From positions 1 through 64,000 of the forward strand of contig JAUCBJ010007177.1 in assembly GCA_032718475.1 (NCBI GenBank): a stretch of DNA of 64,000 nucleotides, written 5' to 3'. This DNA comes from Nemertoderma westbladi. Its lineage: Eukaryota > Animalia > Xenacoelomorpha. Below the pieces are notes generated by a model, which saw only the letters and a list, made by a program, of their open reading frames with translations, had not been told where the DNA came from and ran no database searches. Of the stretch, positions 38,981-51,878 are shown piece after piece. The first letter of the stretch is position 1; the number at the start of each line of letters is the position of its first letter. A program made the position numbers and the translations under genes.

Positions 38981-38988
38981 AGTCTCAC

Positions 38989-39264
38989 CTGGGGGTTGTC
39001 GGAAGGACTAACACCATACAGGTATCCTGCGATTTGGGTCCGTAAGTCGGATATGCAGATAAACTTCTTGAGAATGTTTTTTGGCAGAATGTAGGTGAAT
39101 CCAGATTCCTTGATGTCGTCGCTGGAGACATAGATATGGTTGGTTCGGAGATGGAGATTGGTGCAGCTGATAGCGCGAACCCGCCACTCGGTACGAGAAG
39201 AAAAGGTCTGTGACTCGTAGTTACTCGTTGTCGCTGTAATTATCTCGTCACCGTGTTTATTTAC
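38989..39264 (-). CDS. PRPF8: PRP8 exon ([33 protein letters not shown]...GVSPSDNPQ)
   Basis: Manual translation, 276 nt (92 codons). Acceptor TTTAG|GTA, donor CAG|GTGAGA. Not in the ORF track. Confidence 0.96.
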
Positions 39265-39691
39265 CTAAACCAATAGAGTTTATTCACAATCACAAAAACA
39301 GTTTATTTGTCTATAGAAATAGTTTATTTACTTACACAAATAAATGGTTTTTATTACCTACACAGATAACGAATTTATTTACCTATACAAAAATAGTTTA
39401 TTTCCCTAAACGCAAAATAGTTTATTTAAATTACAATACAATCAATCACATACAATTAAAGAGTATGGAAAACATAAATTGTTTCGAATATTTATAGTCT
39501 AAAGAAACGCCTTGGTGCTGCCAGGCTCAACAATGTTAATACCTCAACTATAATACCGGTAGTAAATTGTGTAATTGTGCGGTCACTAATAACCTTAATT
39601 GGTTGATGTGTCTATTAAACATATGTTAAAAAAATGGTTAAAATGGTTAATAATTATATGTTCTCTTTTTCACAGTATTTTATTTTTTACC

Positions 39692-42600
39692 TAAGAAAAA
39701 AAAGTACGACATAATGCTGAGGTACAATAATTTAGCATACAGTACTTTGGGAAAAAAAAGTACGACATAATGCTATGAGGTACAATAATTTAGCATACAG
39801 TACTTTGGGAAAAAAAGTACGACATAATGGTATGAGGTACAATAATTTAGCATACAGTACTTTGGGAAAAAAAGTACGACATAATGCTATGAGGTACAAT
39901 AATTTAGCATACAGTACTTTGGGAAAAAAAGTACGACATAATGGTATGAGGTACAATAATTTAGTATACAGTACTTTGGGAAAAAAAAGTACGACATAAT
40001 GCTATGAGGTACAATAATTTAGCATACAGTACTTTGGGAAAAAAAGTACGACATAATACTATGAGGTACAATAATTTAGCATACAGTACTTTGGGAAAAA
40101 AAGTACGACATAATGCTATGAGGTACAATAATTTAGCATACAGTACTTTGGGAAAAAAAGTACGACATAATGCTATGAGGTACAATAATTTAGCATACAG
40201 TACTTTGGGAAAAAAAGTACGACATAATGGTATGAGGTACAATAATTTAGTATACAGTACTTTGGGAAAAAAAGTACGACATAATGCTATGAGGTACAAT
40301 AATTTAGCATACAGTACTTTGGGAAAAAAAGTACGACATAATGCTATGAGGTACAATAATTTAGCATACAGTACTTTGGGAAAAAAAGTACGACATAATG
40401 CTATGAGGTACAATAATTTAGAATACAGTACTTTGGGAAAAAAAAAGTACGACATAATGCTATGAGGTACAATAATTTAGCATACAGTACTTTGAGAAAA
40501 AAAAAAGTACGACATAATGCTATGAGGTACAATAATTTAGTATACAGTACTTTGGGAAAAAAAGTACGACATAATGCTATGAGGTACAATAATTTAGCAT
40601 ACAGTACTTTGGGAAAAAAAGTACGACATAATGCTATGAGGTACAATAATTTAGCAAACAGTACTTTGGGAAAAAAAGTACGACATAATGCTATGAGGTA
40701 CAATAATTTAGCATACAGTACTTTGGGAAAAAAAGTACGACATAATGCTATGAGGTACAATAATTTAGCATACAGTACTTTGGGAAAAAAAGTACGACAT
40801 AATGCTATGAGGTACAATAATTTAGCAAACAGTACTTTGGGAAAAAAAGTACGACATAATGCTATGAGGTACAATAATTTAGCATACAGTACTTTGGGAA
40901 AAAAAGTACGACATAATGCTATGAGGTACAATAATTTAGCATACAGTACTTTGGGAAAAAAAAAGTACGACATAATGCTATGAGGTACAATAATTTAGCA
41001 TACAGTACTTTGGGAAAAAAAGTACGACATAATGCTATGAGGTACAATAATTTAGCAAACAGTACTTTGGGAAAAAAAGTACGACATAATGCTATGAGGT
41101 ACAATAATTTAGCATACAGTACTTTGGGAAAAAAAGTACGACATAATGCTATGAGGTACAATAATTTAGCATACAGTACTTTGGGAAAAAAAAGTACGAC
41201 ATAATGCTATGAGGTACAATAATTTAGCATACAGTACTTTGGGAAAAAAAAGTACGACATAATGGTATGAGGTACAATAATTTAGCAAACAGTACTTTGG
41301 GAAAAAAAAAGTACGACATAATGCTATGAGGTACAATAATTTAGTATACAGTACTTTGGGAAAAAAAAGTACGACATAATGCTATGAGGTACAATAATTT
41401 AGTATACAGTACTTTGGGAAAAAAAAAAGTACGACATAATGCTATGAGGTACAATAATTTAGCATACAGTACTTTGGGAAAAAAAAGTACGACATAATGC
41501 TATGAGGTACAATAATTTAGCAAACAGTACTTTGGGAAAAAAAGTACGACATAATGCTATGAGGTACAATAATTTAGCATACAGTACTTTGGGAAAAAAA
41601 GTACGACATAATGCTATGAGGTACAATAATTTAGCATACAGTACTTTGGGAAAAAAAGTACGACATAATGCTATGAGGTACAATAATTTAGCATACAGTA
41701 CTTTGGGAAAAAAAAGTACGACATAATGCTATGAGGTACAATAATTTAGCAAACAGTACTTTGGGAAAAAAAGTACGACATAATGCTATGAGGTACAATA
41801 ATTTAGTATACAGTACTTTGGGAAAAAAAAAGTACGACATAATGCTATGAGGTACAATAATTTAGTATACAGTACTTTGGGAAAAAAAAAAGTACGACAT
41901 AATGCTATGAGGTACAATAATTTAGTATACAGTACTTTGGGAAAAAAAGTACGACATAATGCTATGAGGTACAATAATTTAGCATACAGTACTTTGGGAA
42001 AAAAAGTACGACATAATGCTATGAGGTACAATAATTTAGCATACAGTACTTTGGGAAAAAAAGTACGACATAAAGCTATGAGGTACAATAATTTAGCATA
42101 CAGTACTTTGGGAAAAAAAGTACGACATAATGCTATGAGGTACAATAATTTAGCATACAGTACTTTGGGAAAAAAAGTACGACATAATGTTATGAGGTAC
42201 AATAATTTAGCATACAGTACTTTGGGAAAAAAAGTACGACATAATGCTATGAGGTACAATAATTTAGCATACAGTACTTTGGGAAAAAAAGTACGACATA
42301 ATGGTATGAGGTACAATAATTTAGCAAACAGTACTTTGGGAAAAAAAGTACGACATAATGCTATGAGGTACAATAATTTAGCATACAGTACTTTGGGAAA
42401 AAAAGTACGACATAATGCTATGAGGTACAATAATTTAGCATACAGTACTTTGGGAAAAAAAGTACGACATAATGCTATGAGGTACAATAATTTAGCATAC
42501 AGTACTTTGGGAAAAAAAAGTACGACATAATGGTATGAGGTACAATAATTTAGCAAACAGTACTTTGGGAAAAAAAAAGTACGACATAATGCTATGAGGT

Positions 42601-44132
42601 ACAATAATTTAGTATACAGTACTTTGGGAAAAAAAAGTACGACATAATGCTATGAGGTACAATAATTTAGTATACAGTACTTTGGGAAAAAAAAAAGTAC
42701 GACATAATGCTATGAGGTACAATAATTTAGCATACAGTACTTTGGGAAAAAAAAGTACGACATAATGCTATGAGGTACAATAATTTAGCAAACAGTACTT
42801 TGGGAAAAAAAGTACGACATAATGCTATGAGGTACAATAATTTAGCATACAGTACTTTGGGAAAAAAAGTACGACATAATGCTATGAGGTACAATAATTT
42901 AGCATACAGTACTTTGGGAAAAAAAGTACGACATAATGCTATGAGGTACAATAATTTAGCATACAGTACTTTGGGAAAAAAAAGTACGACATAATGCTAT
43001 GAGGTACAATAATTTAGCAAACAGTACTTTGGGAAAAAAAGTACGACATAATGCTATGAGGTACAATAATTTAGTATACAGTACTTTGGGAAAAAAAAAG
43101 TACGACATAATGCTATGAGGTACAATAATTTAGTATACAGTACTTTAGGAAAAAAAAAAGTACGACATAATGCTATGAGGTACAATAATTTAGTATACAG
43201 TACTTTGGGAAAAAAAGTACGACATAATGCTATGAGGTACAATAATTTAGCATACAGTACTTTGGGAAAAAAAGTACGACATAATGCTATGAGGTACAAT
43301 AATTTAGCATACAGTACTTTGGGAAAAAAAGTACGACATAAAGCTATGAGGTACAATAATTTAGCATACAGTACTTTGGGAAAAAAAGTACGACATAATG
43401 CTATGAGGTACAATAATTTAGCATACAGTACTTTGGGAAAAAAAGTACGACATAATGTTATGAGGTACAATAATTTAGCATACAGTACTTTGGGAAAAAA
43501 AGTACGACATAATGCTATGAGGTACAATAATTTAGCATACAGTACTTTGGGAAAAAAAGTACGACATAATGGTATGAGGTACAATAATTTAGCAAACAGT
43601 ACTTTGGGAAAAAAAGTACGACATAATGCTATGAGGTACAATAATTTAGCATACAGTACTTTGGGAAAAAAAGTACGACATAATGCTATGAGGTACAATA
43701 ATTTAGCATACAGTACTTTGGGAAAAAAAGTACGACATAATGCTATGAGGTACAATAATTTAGCATACAGTACTTTGGGAAAAAAAATACGACATAATGC
43801 TATGAGGTACAATAATTTAGCATACAGTACTTTGGGGAAAAAAGTACGACATAATGGTATGAGGTACAATAATTTAGCATACAGTACTTTGGGAAAAAAA
43901 GTACGACATAATGCTATGAGGTACAATAATTTAGCATACAGTACTTTGGGAAAAAAGTACGACATAATGCTATGAGGTACAATAATTTAGCATACAGTAC
44001 TTTGGGAAAAAAAAAGTACGACATAATGCTATGAGGTACAATAATTTAGTATACAGTACTTTGGGAAAAAAAAGTACGACATAATGCTATGAGGTACAAT
44101 AATTTAGCATACAGTACTTTGGGAAAAAAAAG
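39692..44132. repeat. 57-bp tandem array (GGGAAAAAAAGTACGACATAATGCTATGAGGTACAATAATTTAGCATACAGTACTTT), ~77 copies, intronic
   Basis: Period read directly, with a variable A-tract. A 1268-bp block duplication is present (variant CATAAAGC at ~42069 and ~43337). Confidence 0.98.
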
Positions 44133-44147
44133 TTAACTTTTACTTAC

Positions 44148-44345
44148 AGTTTTTGTCGTTGTAGAAGTTAACTGACTCTGCTCTTTGGTCTGTTTCTCGA
44201 TTTCAGCTATCTGTTGCCGTTGCTGACTAGGTGCCGATATCTCCATTCCCAGGATTATATCACGAATCTCGCTCTGTGTTAATGAACCTATATTCACATT
44301 ATTCTTCTTCCCGTAGTCCGCCAGGATTAAATCCTTTAGTTGCAC
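44148..44345 (-). CDS. PRPF8: PRP8 exon ([18 protein letters not shown]...[12 protein letters not shown])
   Basis: Matches the Prp8 RNaseH-like/linker region; 198 nt. Acceptor ATTAG|GTG, donor ACT|GTAAGT. No further upstream exon was recognised in the window. Confidence 0.97.
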
Positions 44346-44429
44346 CTAATGGGGTGTAAATCGCACGGGTAATTGAATTTCTCATCTTGATAATTAAACT
44401 GCTAATAATCTAGTGCTACTGATAATATA

Positions 44430-47400
44430 ACTCTTGATTGCAACCCAAACCTTATTACTAGACCACATAATCGAATGTACAGATAGCCTTCGGACGAAAT
44501 ACCCACCAGCCTCCACCATAATATTGGGTGATTACAATCACACACTTAATGACCAAATGTTATTTTCACAATTAGATCTATCTCAGCTTCTTAAAATAAT
44601 GTCCAACATTTGGAAAGAACACACTAGATAAAATATCAACAGATATAACTGAACATATCGCCCACAACGGGCCTACAACCTTGGCTCCTATCGGCCCATC
44701 AGAAGGTCACCGTGTGGTGTTGTGGATACCCACAATGATCATCCCAGAAAAAACATCCAAGACTATTATCACCACAACTCATCGTCCCTTCAGAGATTCA
44801 AATATTACATCGTTTGGACAGTGGATCACCCAATACACATGGGAACTCTTAACAATTACTGACCCAGATGTCGCCACTATGCAATTAAATGATATACTTG
44901 TCCAGCAATACCCCCACCACTTCCCAGAAGTAAAAATTATGAAAAAAGTTAAGGATAAGCCTTGGATGACATCTAGGATTCGACTACTAATCACACAAAA
45001 GCAGCGGGCATTCCAAAGAAACCAAGCCATAAAATATAAAACACTACGAACATCACTGAATTTGGAAATAAATGCAGCCAAATCATCATGGTATGGTAAA
45101 ACAATATCACATATGGGATGCTTACAGCCCGGGCAGTGGTATCGCTCCATTGCCAAATTAATCAATTAAACGCCAAAACCATTGAACCTCCAAGTGTGTT
45201 TGGCTGGAAACAGTGGGCAACAATTTGATAATCAAACCATTGCAAATTCTGTAAATAATTTTTTTGCTGACATTTGCAACCAACTACCCCAATTAGACTC
45301 CCTGGCTTCATACCTGACACCAAACCACCAGTGATAGATAGAAGGGAGGTGTATGATATCCTCAAAAATATCAACGTAACAAAGGCAATATCACCTGCGA
45401 TATACCAAAACCGTCCAATAAAAGATTTTGCATGTGAGATTAGTGTGCCTCTAACCCACATTTACAATATATCTATTCAGACTGGCATTTTTCCATCACT
45501 ATGGAAGGAATGTTATGCTACACCTGCACCGAATATTTAACCCCCAGCTACACCTGTACCGAAAATTTAACCTCCAAAGATGTTTGGTCAATATCATTCA
45601 CTAAAACTTTCTCAAAGGCTTTTGAACAGCTGGTAGTAAAATGGATAATTAAAGATATAAAGGACAACGTCGACAAGCGCCAATTCGGTAACATGAACCA
45701 CAGGTCCACGTCCTTGTACTTGATCATTCTTCTGGACGATATACTGAAAGCTCTTGAAACACCAGGCACCATAGTAAATGTAATGACATATTACTTCTCC
45801 AAGGCTTTCGACCGCATAGACCACACAATTCATAGTAAATAAATGTAATGACATTCTCCAAGGCTTTCGACCGCATAGACCACACAATTACTATTAACAA
45901 ACTACTCAAGATGGGGTCTACGTCCATGGTTAGCGCGGTGGCTTTGCAGTTTCCTGTCTTACCGTACCCAATCCACGGTATACAAAGGTTCTACTTCCAA
46001 AGGGCGTACTCTTAAGTTCAGGGGTTCCCCATGGGACTATCGTAGGTTTATAATTTTTCCTGTGCCAGATAAATGACGCTATGGAGCAAATTAAAGAACG
46101 CCTTAAGTTTGTAGACGACTTGTCAGTGTATGAGATTTTACAAATTCAATTGACCAGCTATTTGACTCAAATATACAACACTACACGGATATACTAATAG
46201 AATGGGCAAACGATAGTAACATGAAACTCAATCCGGTGAAATGTAAACAAATGACCTTCTACAAAGCAAAACGACCAATTGTACTTGCACAAGTCAATAT
46301 TTGTGGAACAAATGTGGATGTAGTTGGCAATGTAAAACTTCTCGGTGTTACAATATCCGCCGATCTCAAATGGAATATCCACATAACTGACACAATAAAA
46401 CGATCAGCTAAACGAATGTACATGTTACATATATTAAAAAAATGCAAAGCATCGCGGAAAGACATGGTAGCCATATACATCTCTCATATTCGGACCGTTC
46501 TAGAATATTGCACCGCGGTTTGGCATTCTAGTATCACCAAGCAACTCTCAGACGCCCTAGAAAGAGTACAGAAAAGAGCAATGCGAATCATCTTCGGTAT
46601 CCATTATAATAGTTATGAACAGGCACTACAGTCCGGGGGTTACCTACATTGAAGGACAGACGCGAAAAACTGTGTTTAAATTGTGCAAAAACCATTTATC
46701 TACACCACAGATACTTACTGTAAAACAATTTATCTACACCACAGATACTTACTGTAAAACCATTTATCTACACCACAGATACTTACTGTAAAACAATTTA
46801 TCTACACCACAGATACTTACAGTAAAACAATTTATCTACACCACAGATACTTACTGTAAAACAATTTATCTACACCACAGATACTTACTGTAAAACAATA
46901 TATCTACACCACAGATACTTACTGTAAAACCATTTATCTACACCACAGATACTTACTGTAAAACCATTTATCTACACCACAGATACTTACTGTAAAACAA
47001 TTTATCTACACCACAGATACTTACTGTAAAACCATTTATCTACACCACAGATACTTACTGTAAAACAATTTATCTACACCACAGATACTTACTGTAAAAC
47101 CATTTATCTACACCACAGATACTTACTCTAAAACCATTTATCTACACCACAGATACTTACTGTAAAACCATTTATCTACACCACAGATACTTACTGTAAA
47201 ACCATTTATCTACACCACAGATACTTACTGTAAAACCATTTATCTACACCACAGATACTTACTGTAAAACCATTTATCTACACCACAGATACTTACTGTA
47301 AAACAATTTATCTACACCACAGATACTTACTGTAAAACCATTTATATACACCACAGATACTTACTGTAAAACCATTTATCTACACCACAGATACTTACTG

Positions 47401-50400
47401 TAAAACCATTTATCTAGACCAAAGATACTTACTGTAAAACCATTTATCTACACCACAGATACTACTGTAAAACAATTTATCTACACCACAGATACTTACT
47501 GTAAAACCATTTATCTACACCACAGATACTTACTGTAAAACAATTTATCTACACCACAGATACTTACTGTAAAACCATTTATCTACACCACAGATACTTA
47601 CTGTAAAACCATTTATCTACACCACAGATACTTACTGTAAAACAATTTATCTACACCACAGATACTTACTGTAAAACCATTTATCTACACCACAGATACT
47701 TACTGTAAAACCATTTATCTACACCACAGATACTTACTGTAGTAAGTGTCTACTACACCACAGATACTTACTGTAAAACAATTTATCTACACCACAGATA
47801 CTTACTGTAAAACCATTTATCTACACCACAGATACTTACTGTAAAACCATTTATCTACACCACAGATACTTACTGTAAAACCATTTATCTACACCACAGA
47901 TACTTACTGTAAAACAATTTATCTACCCAAAGATACTTACTGTAAAACAATTTATCTACACCACAGATACGTACTGTAAATCCATTTATCTACACCACAG
48001 ATACTTACTGTAGTAAGTGTCTACTACACCACAGATACTTACTGTAAAACAATTTATCTACACCACAGATACTTACTGTAAAACAATTTATCTACACCAC
48101 AGATACTTACTGTAAAACCATTAATCTACACCACAGATACTTACTGTAAAACCATTTATCTACACCACAGATACTTACTCTAAAACCATTTATCTACACC
48201 ACAGATACTTACTGTAAAACCATTTATCTACACCACAGATACTTACTGTAAAACCATTTATCTACACCACAGATACTTACTGTAAAACCATTTATCTACA
48301 CCACAGATACTTACTGTAAAACCATTTATCTACACCACAGATACTTACTGTAAAACAATATATCTACACCACAGATACTTACTGTAAAACCATTTATCTA
48401 CACCACAGATACTTACTGTAAAACCATTTATCTACACCACAGATACTTACTGTAAAACCATTTATCTACACCACAAATACTTACTGTAAAACCATTTATC
48501 TACACCACAGATACTTACTGTAAAACCATTTGTCTACACCACAGATACTTACTGTAAAACCATTTATCTACACCACAGATACTTACTGTAAAACCATTTA
48601 TCTACACCACAGATACTTACTGTAAAACAATTTATCTACACCACAGATACTTACTTAAAACCATTTATCTACATCGCAGATACTTACTGTAAAACCATTT
48701 ATCTATACCACATATACTTACTGTAAAACCATTTATCTACACCACAGATACTTACTGTAAAACCATTTATCTACACCACAGATACTTACTGTAAAACCAT
48801 TTATCTACACCACAGATACTTACTGTAAAACAATTTATCTACACCACAGATACTTACTGTAAAACAATTTATCTACACCACAGATACTTACTGTAAAACC
48901 ATTTATCTACACCACAGATACTTACTGTAAAACCATTTATCTACACCACAGATACTTACTGTAAAACCATTTATCTACACCACAGATACTTACTGTAAAA
49001 CCATTTATCTATACCACAGATACTTACTGTAAAACAATTTATCTACACCACAGATACTTACTGTAAAACAATTTATCTACACCACAGATACTTACTGTAA
49101 AACAATTTATCTACACCACAGATACTTACTGTAAAACCATTTATCTACGCCACAGATACTTACTGTAAAACCATTTATCTATACCACAGATACTTACTGT
49201 AAAACCATTTATCTACACCACAGATACTTACTGTAAAACCATTTAAATACACCACAGATACTTACTGTAAAACAATTTATCTACACCACAGATACTTACT
49301 GTAAAACCATTTATCTACACCACAGATACTTACTGTAAAACAATTTATCTACACCACAGATACTTACTGTAAACCCATTTATCTACACCACAGATACTTA
49401 CTGTAAAACCATTTATCTACACCACAGATACTTACTGTAAAACAATTTATCTACACCACAGATACTTACTGTAAAACCATTTATCTACACCACAGATACT
49501 TATTGTAAAACCATTTATCTACACCACAGATACTTACTGTAAAACCATTTATATACACCACAGATACTTACTGTAAAACCATTTATCTACACCACAGATA
49601 CTTACTGTAGTAAGTGTCTACTACACCACAGATACTTACTGTAAAACAATTTATCTACACCACAGATACTTACTGTAAAACCATTTATCTACACCACAGA
49701 TACTTACTGTTAAATCCATTTATCTACACCACAGATACTTACTGTAAAACCATTTATCTACACCACAGATACTTACTGTAAAACAATTTATCTACACCAC
49801 AGATACTTACTGTAAAACAATTTATCTACACCACAGATACTTACTGTAAATCCATTTATCTACACCACAGATACTTACTGTAGTAAGTGTCTACTACACC
49901 ACAGATACTTACTGTAAAACAATTTATCTACACCACAGATACTTACTGTAAAACCATTTATCTACACCACAGATACTTACTGTAAAACCATTTATCTACA
50001 CCACAGATACTTACTGTAAAACCATTTATCTACACCACAGATACTTACTGTAAAACAATTTATCTATACCACAGATACTTACTGTAAAACCATTTATCTA
50101 CACCACAGATACTTACTGTAAAACCATTTATCTACACCACAGATACTTACTGTAAAACCATTTATCTACACCACAGATACTTACTGTAAAACAATATATC
50201 TACACCACAGATACTTACTTAAAACCATTTATCTACATCGCAGATACTTACTGTAAAACCATTTATCTATACCACAGATACTTACTGTAAAACCATTTAT
50301 CTACACCACAGATACTTACTGTAAAACCATTTATCTACACCACAGATACTTACTGTAAAACCATTTATCTACACCACAGATACTTACTGTAAAACAATTT

Positions 50401-51800
50401 ATCTACACCACAGATACTTACTGTAAAACAATTTATCTACACCACAGATACTTACTGTAAAACCATTTATCTACACCACAGATACTTACTGTAAAACCAT
50501 TTATCTACACCACAGATACTTACTGTAAAACCATTTATCTACACCACAGATACTTACTGTAAAACCATTTATCTATACCACAGATACTTACTGTAAAACA
50601 ATTTATCTACACCACAGATACTTACTGTAAAACAATTTATCTACACCACAGATACTTACTGTAAAACAATTTATCTACACCACAGATACTTACTGTAAAA
50701 CCATTTATCTACGCCACAGATACTTACTGTAAAACCATTTATCTACACCACAGATACTTACTGTAAAACCATTTATCTATACCACAGATACTTACTGTAA
50801 AACAATTTATCTACACCACAGATACTTACTGTAAAACAATTTATCTACACCACAGATACTTACTGTAAAACAATTTATCTACACCACAGATACTTACTCT
50901 AAAACCATTTATCTACACCACAGATACTTACTGTAAAACCATTTATCTACACCACAGATACTTACTGTAAAACCATTTATCTACACCACAGATACTTACT
51001 GTAAAACAATTTATCTACACCACAGATACTTACTGTAAAACCATTTATCTACACCACAGATACTTACTGTAAAACCATTTATCTACACCACAGATACTTA
51101 CTGTAAAACCATTAATCTACACCACAGATACTTACTATAAAACCATTTATCTACACCACAGATACTTACTGTAAATCCATTTATCTACACCACAGATACT
51201 TACTGTAGTAAGTGTCTACTACACCACAGATACTTACTGTAAAACAATTTATCTACACCACAGATACTTACTATAAAACCATTTATCTACACCACAGATA
51301 CTTACTGTAAAACCATTTATCTACACCACAGATACTTACTGTAAAACAATTTATCTACACCACAGATACTTACTGTAAAACCATTTATCTACACCACAGA
51401 TACTTACTGTAAAACCATTTATCTACACCACAGATACTTACTGTAAAACCATTTATCTACACCACAGATACTTACTGTAAAACAATTTATCTACACCACA
51501 GATACTTACTACCTCCATTGCGATCTGAAAGTAGAAACCAAAAATGGAACTCGGAAATGACAATAATATTACGTTACCAATAGCTAAAACTGATAGAAAC
51601 TCAACAATCCCGTAGATGGTCAGACTAATGAATAGTGCAAAATCACATTAACGGCCATCCGCAAAAGATAAGCAAACTACCATGACTCGCCCCACATGCC
51701 TGGCAATATACGTATGTGCTGCCGGCCACTATCTCACACATTATTGGTGTTTAACTCTGTATTTCATATAATTATTATTTTTTATTTAATTTTAATTTAA
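44430..51800 (+). mobile_element. Decayed CR1/L2-group LINE ORF2, interrupted near its 3' end by the 34-bp array
   Basis: IILGDYN, KPWMT, RQFG, FSKAFDRIDH, FVDDL, MKLNPVKCK, KLLGVTI and LERVQKRAMRII across frameshifts. It resumes ...RYLLPPLRSE after 51510. Confidence 0.9.
46686..51510. repeat. 34-bp tandem array (GTAAAACCATTTATCTACACCACAGATACTTACT), ~142 copies
   Basis: Period read directly (acagat at 46741 and 46775). Confidence 0.98.
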
Positions 51801-51878
51801 GAATTCTATCGTTGCTTAATTAATAACTAAACCTTATCAATTCAATGCCGCATTTTAATTAAAAATTTCTCTCTCACC

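Noticed and set aside
39732-43975. Many repetitive ORFs (MRYNNLAYSTLGKK..., LLYLIALCRTFFPKV...)
   Set aside because: Artefact of a 57-bp unit divisible by 3. Frames break at variable A-tracts, and the region is a PRP8 intron.
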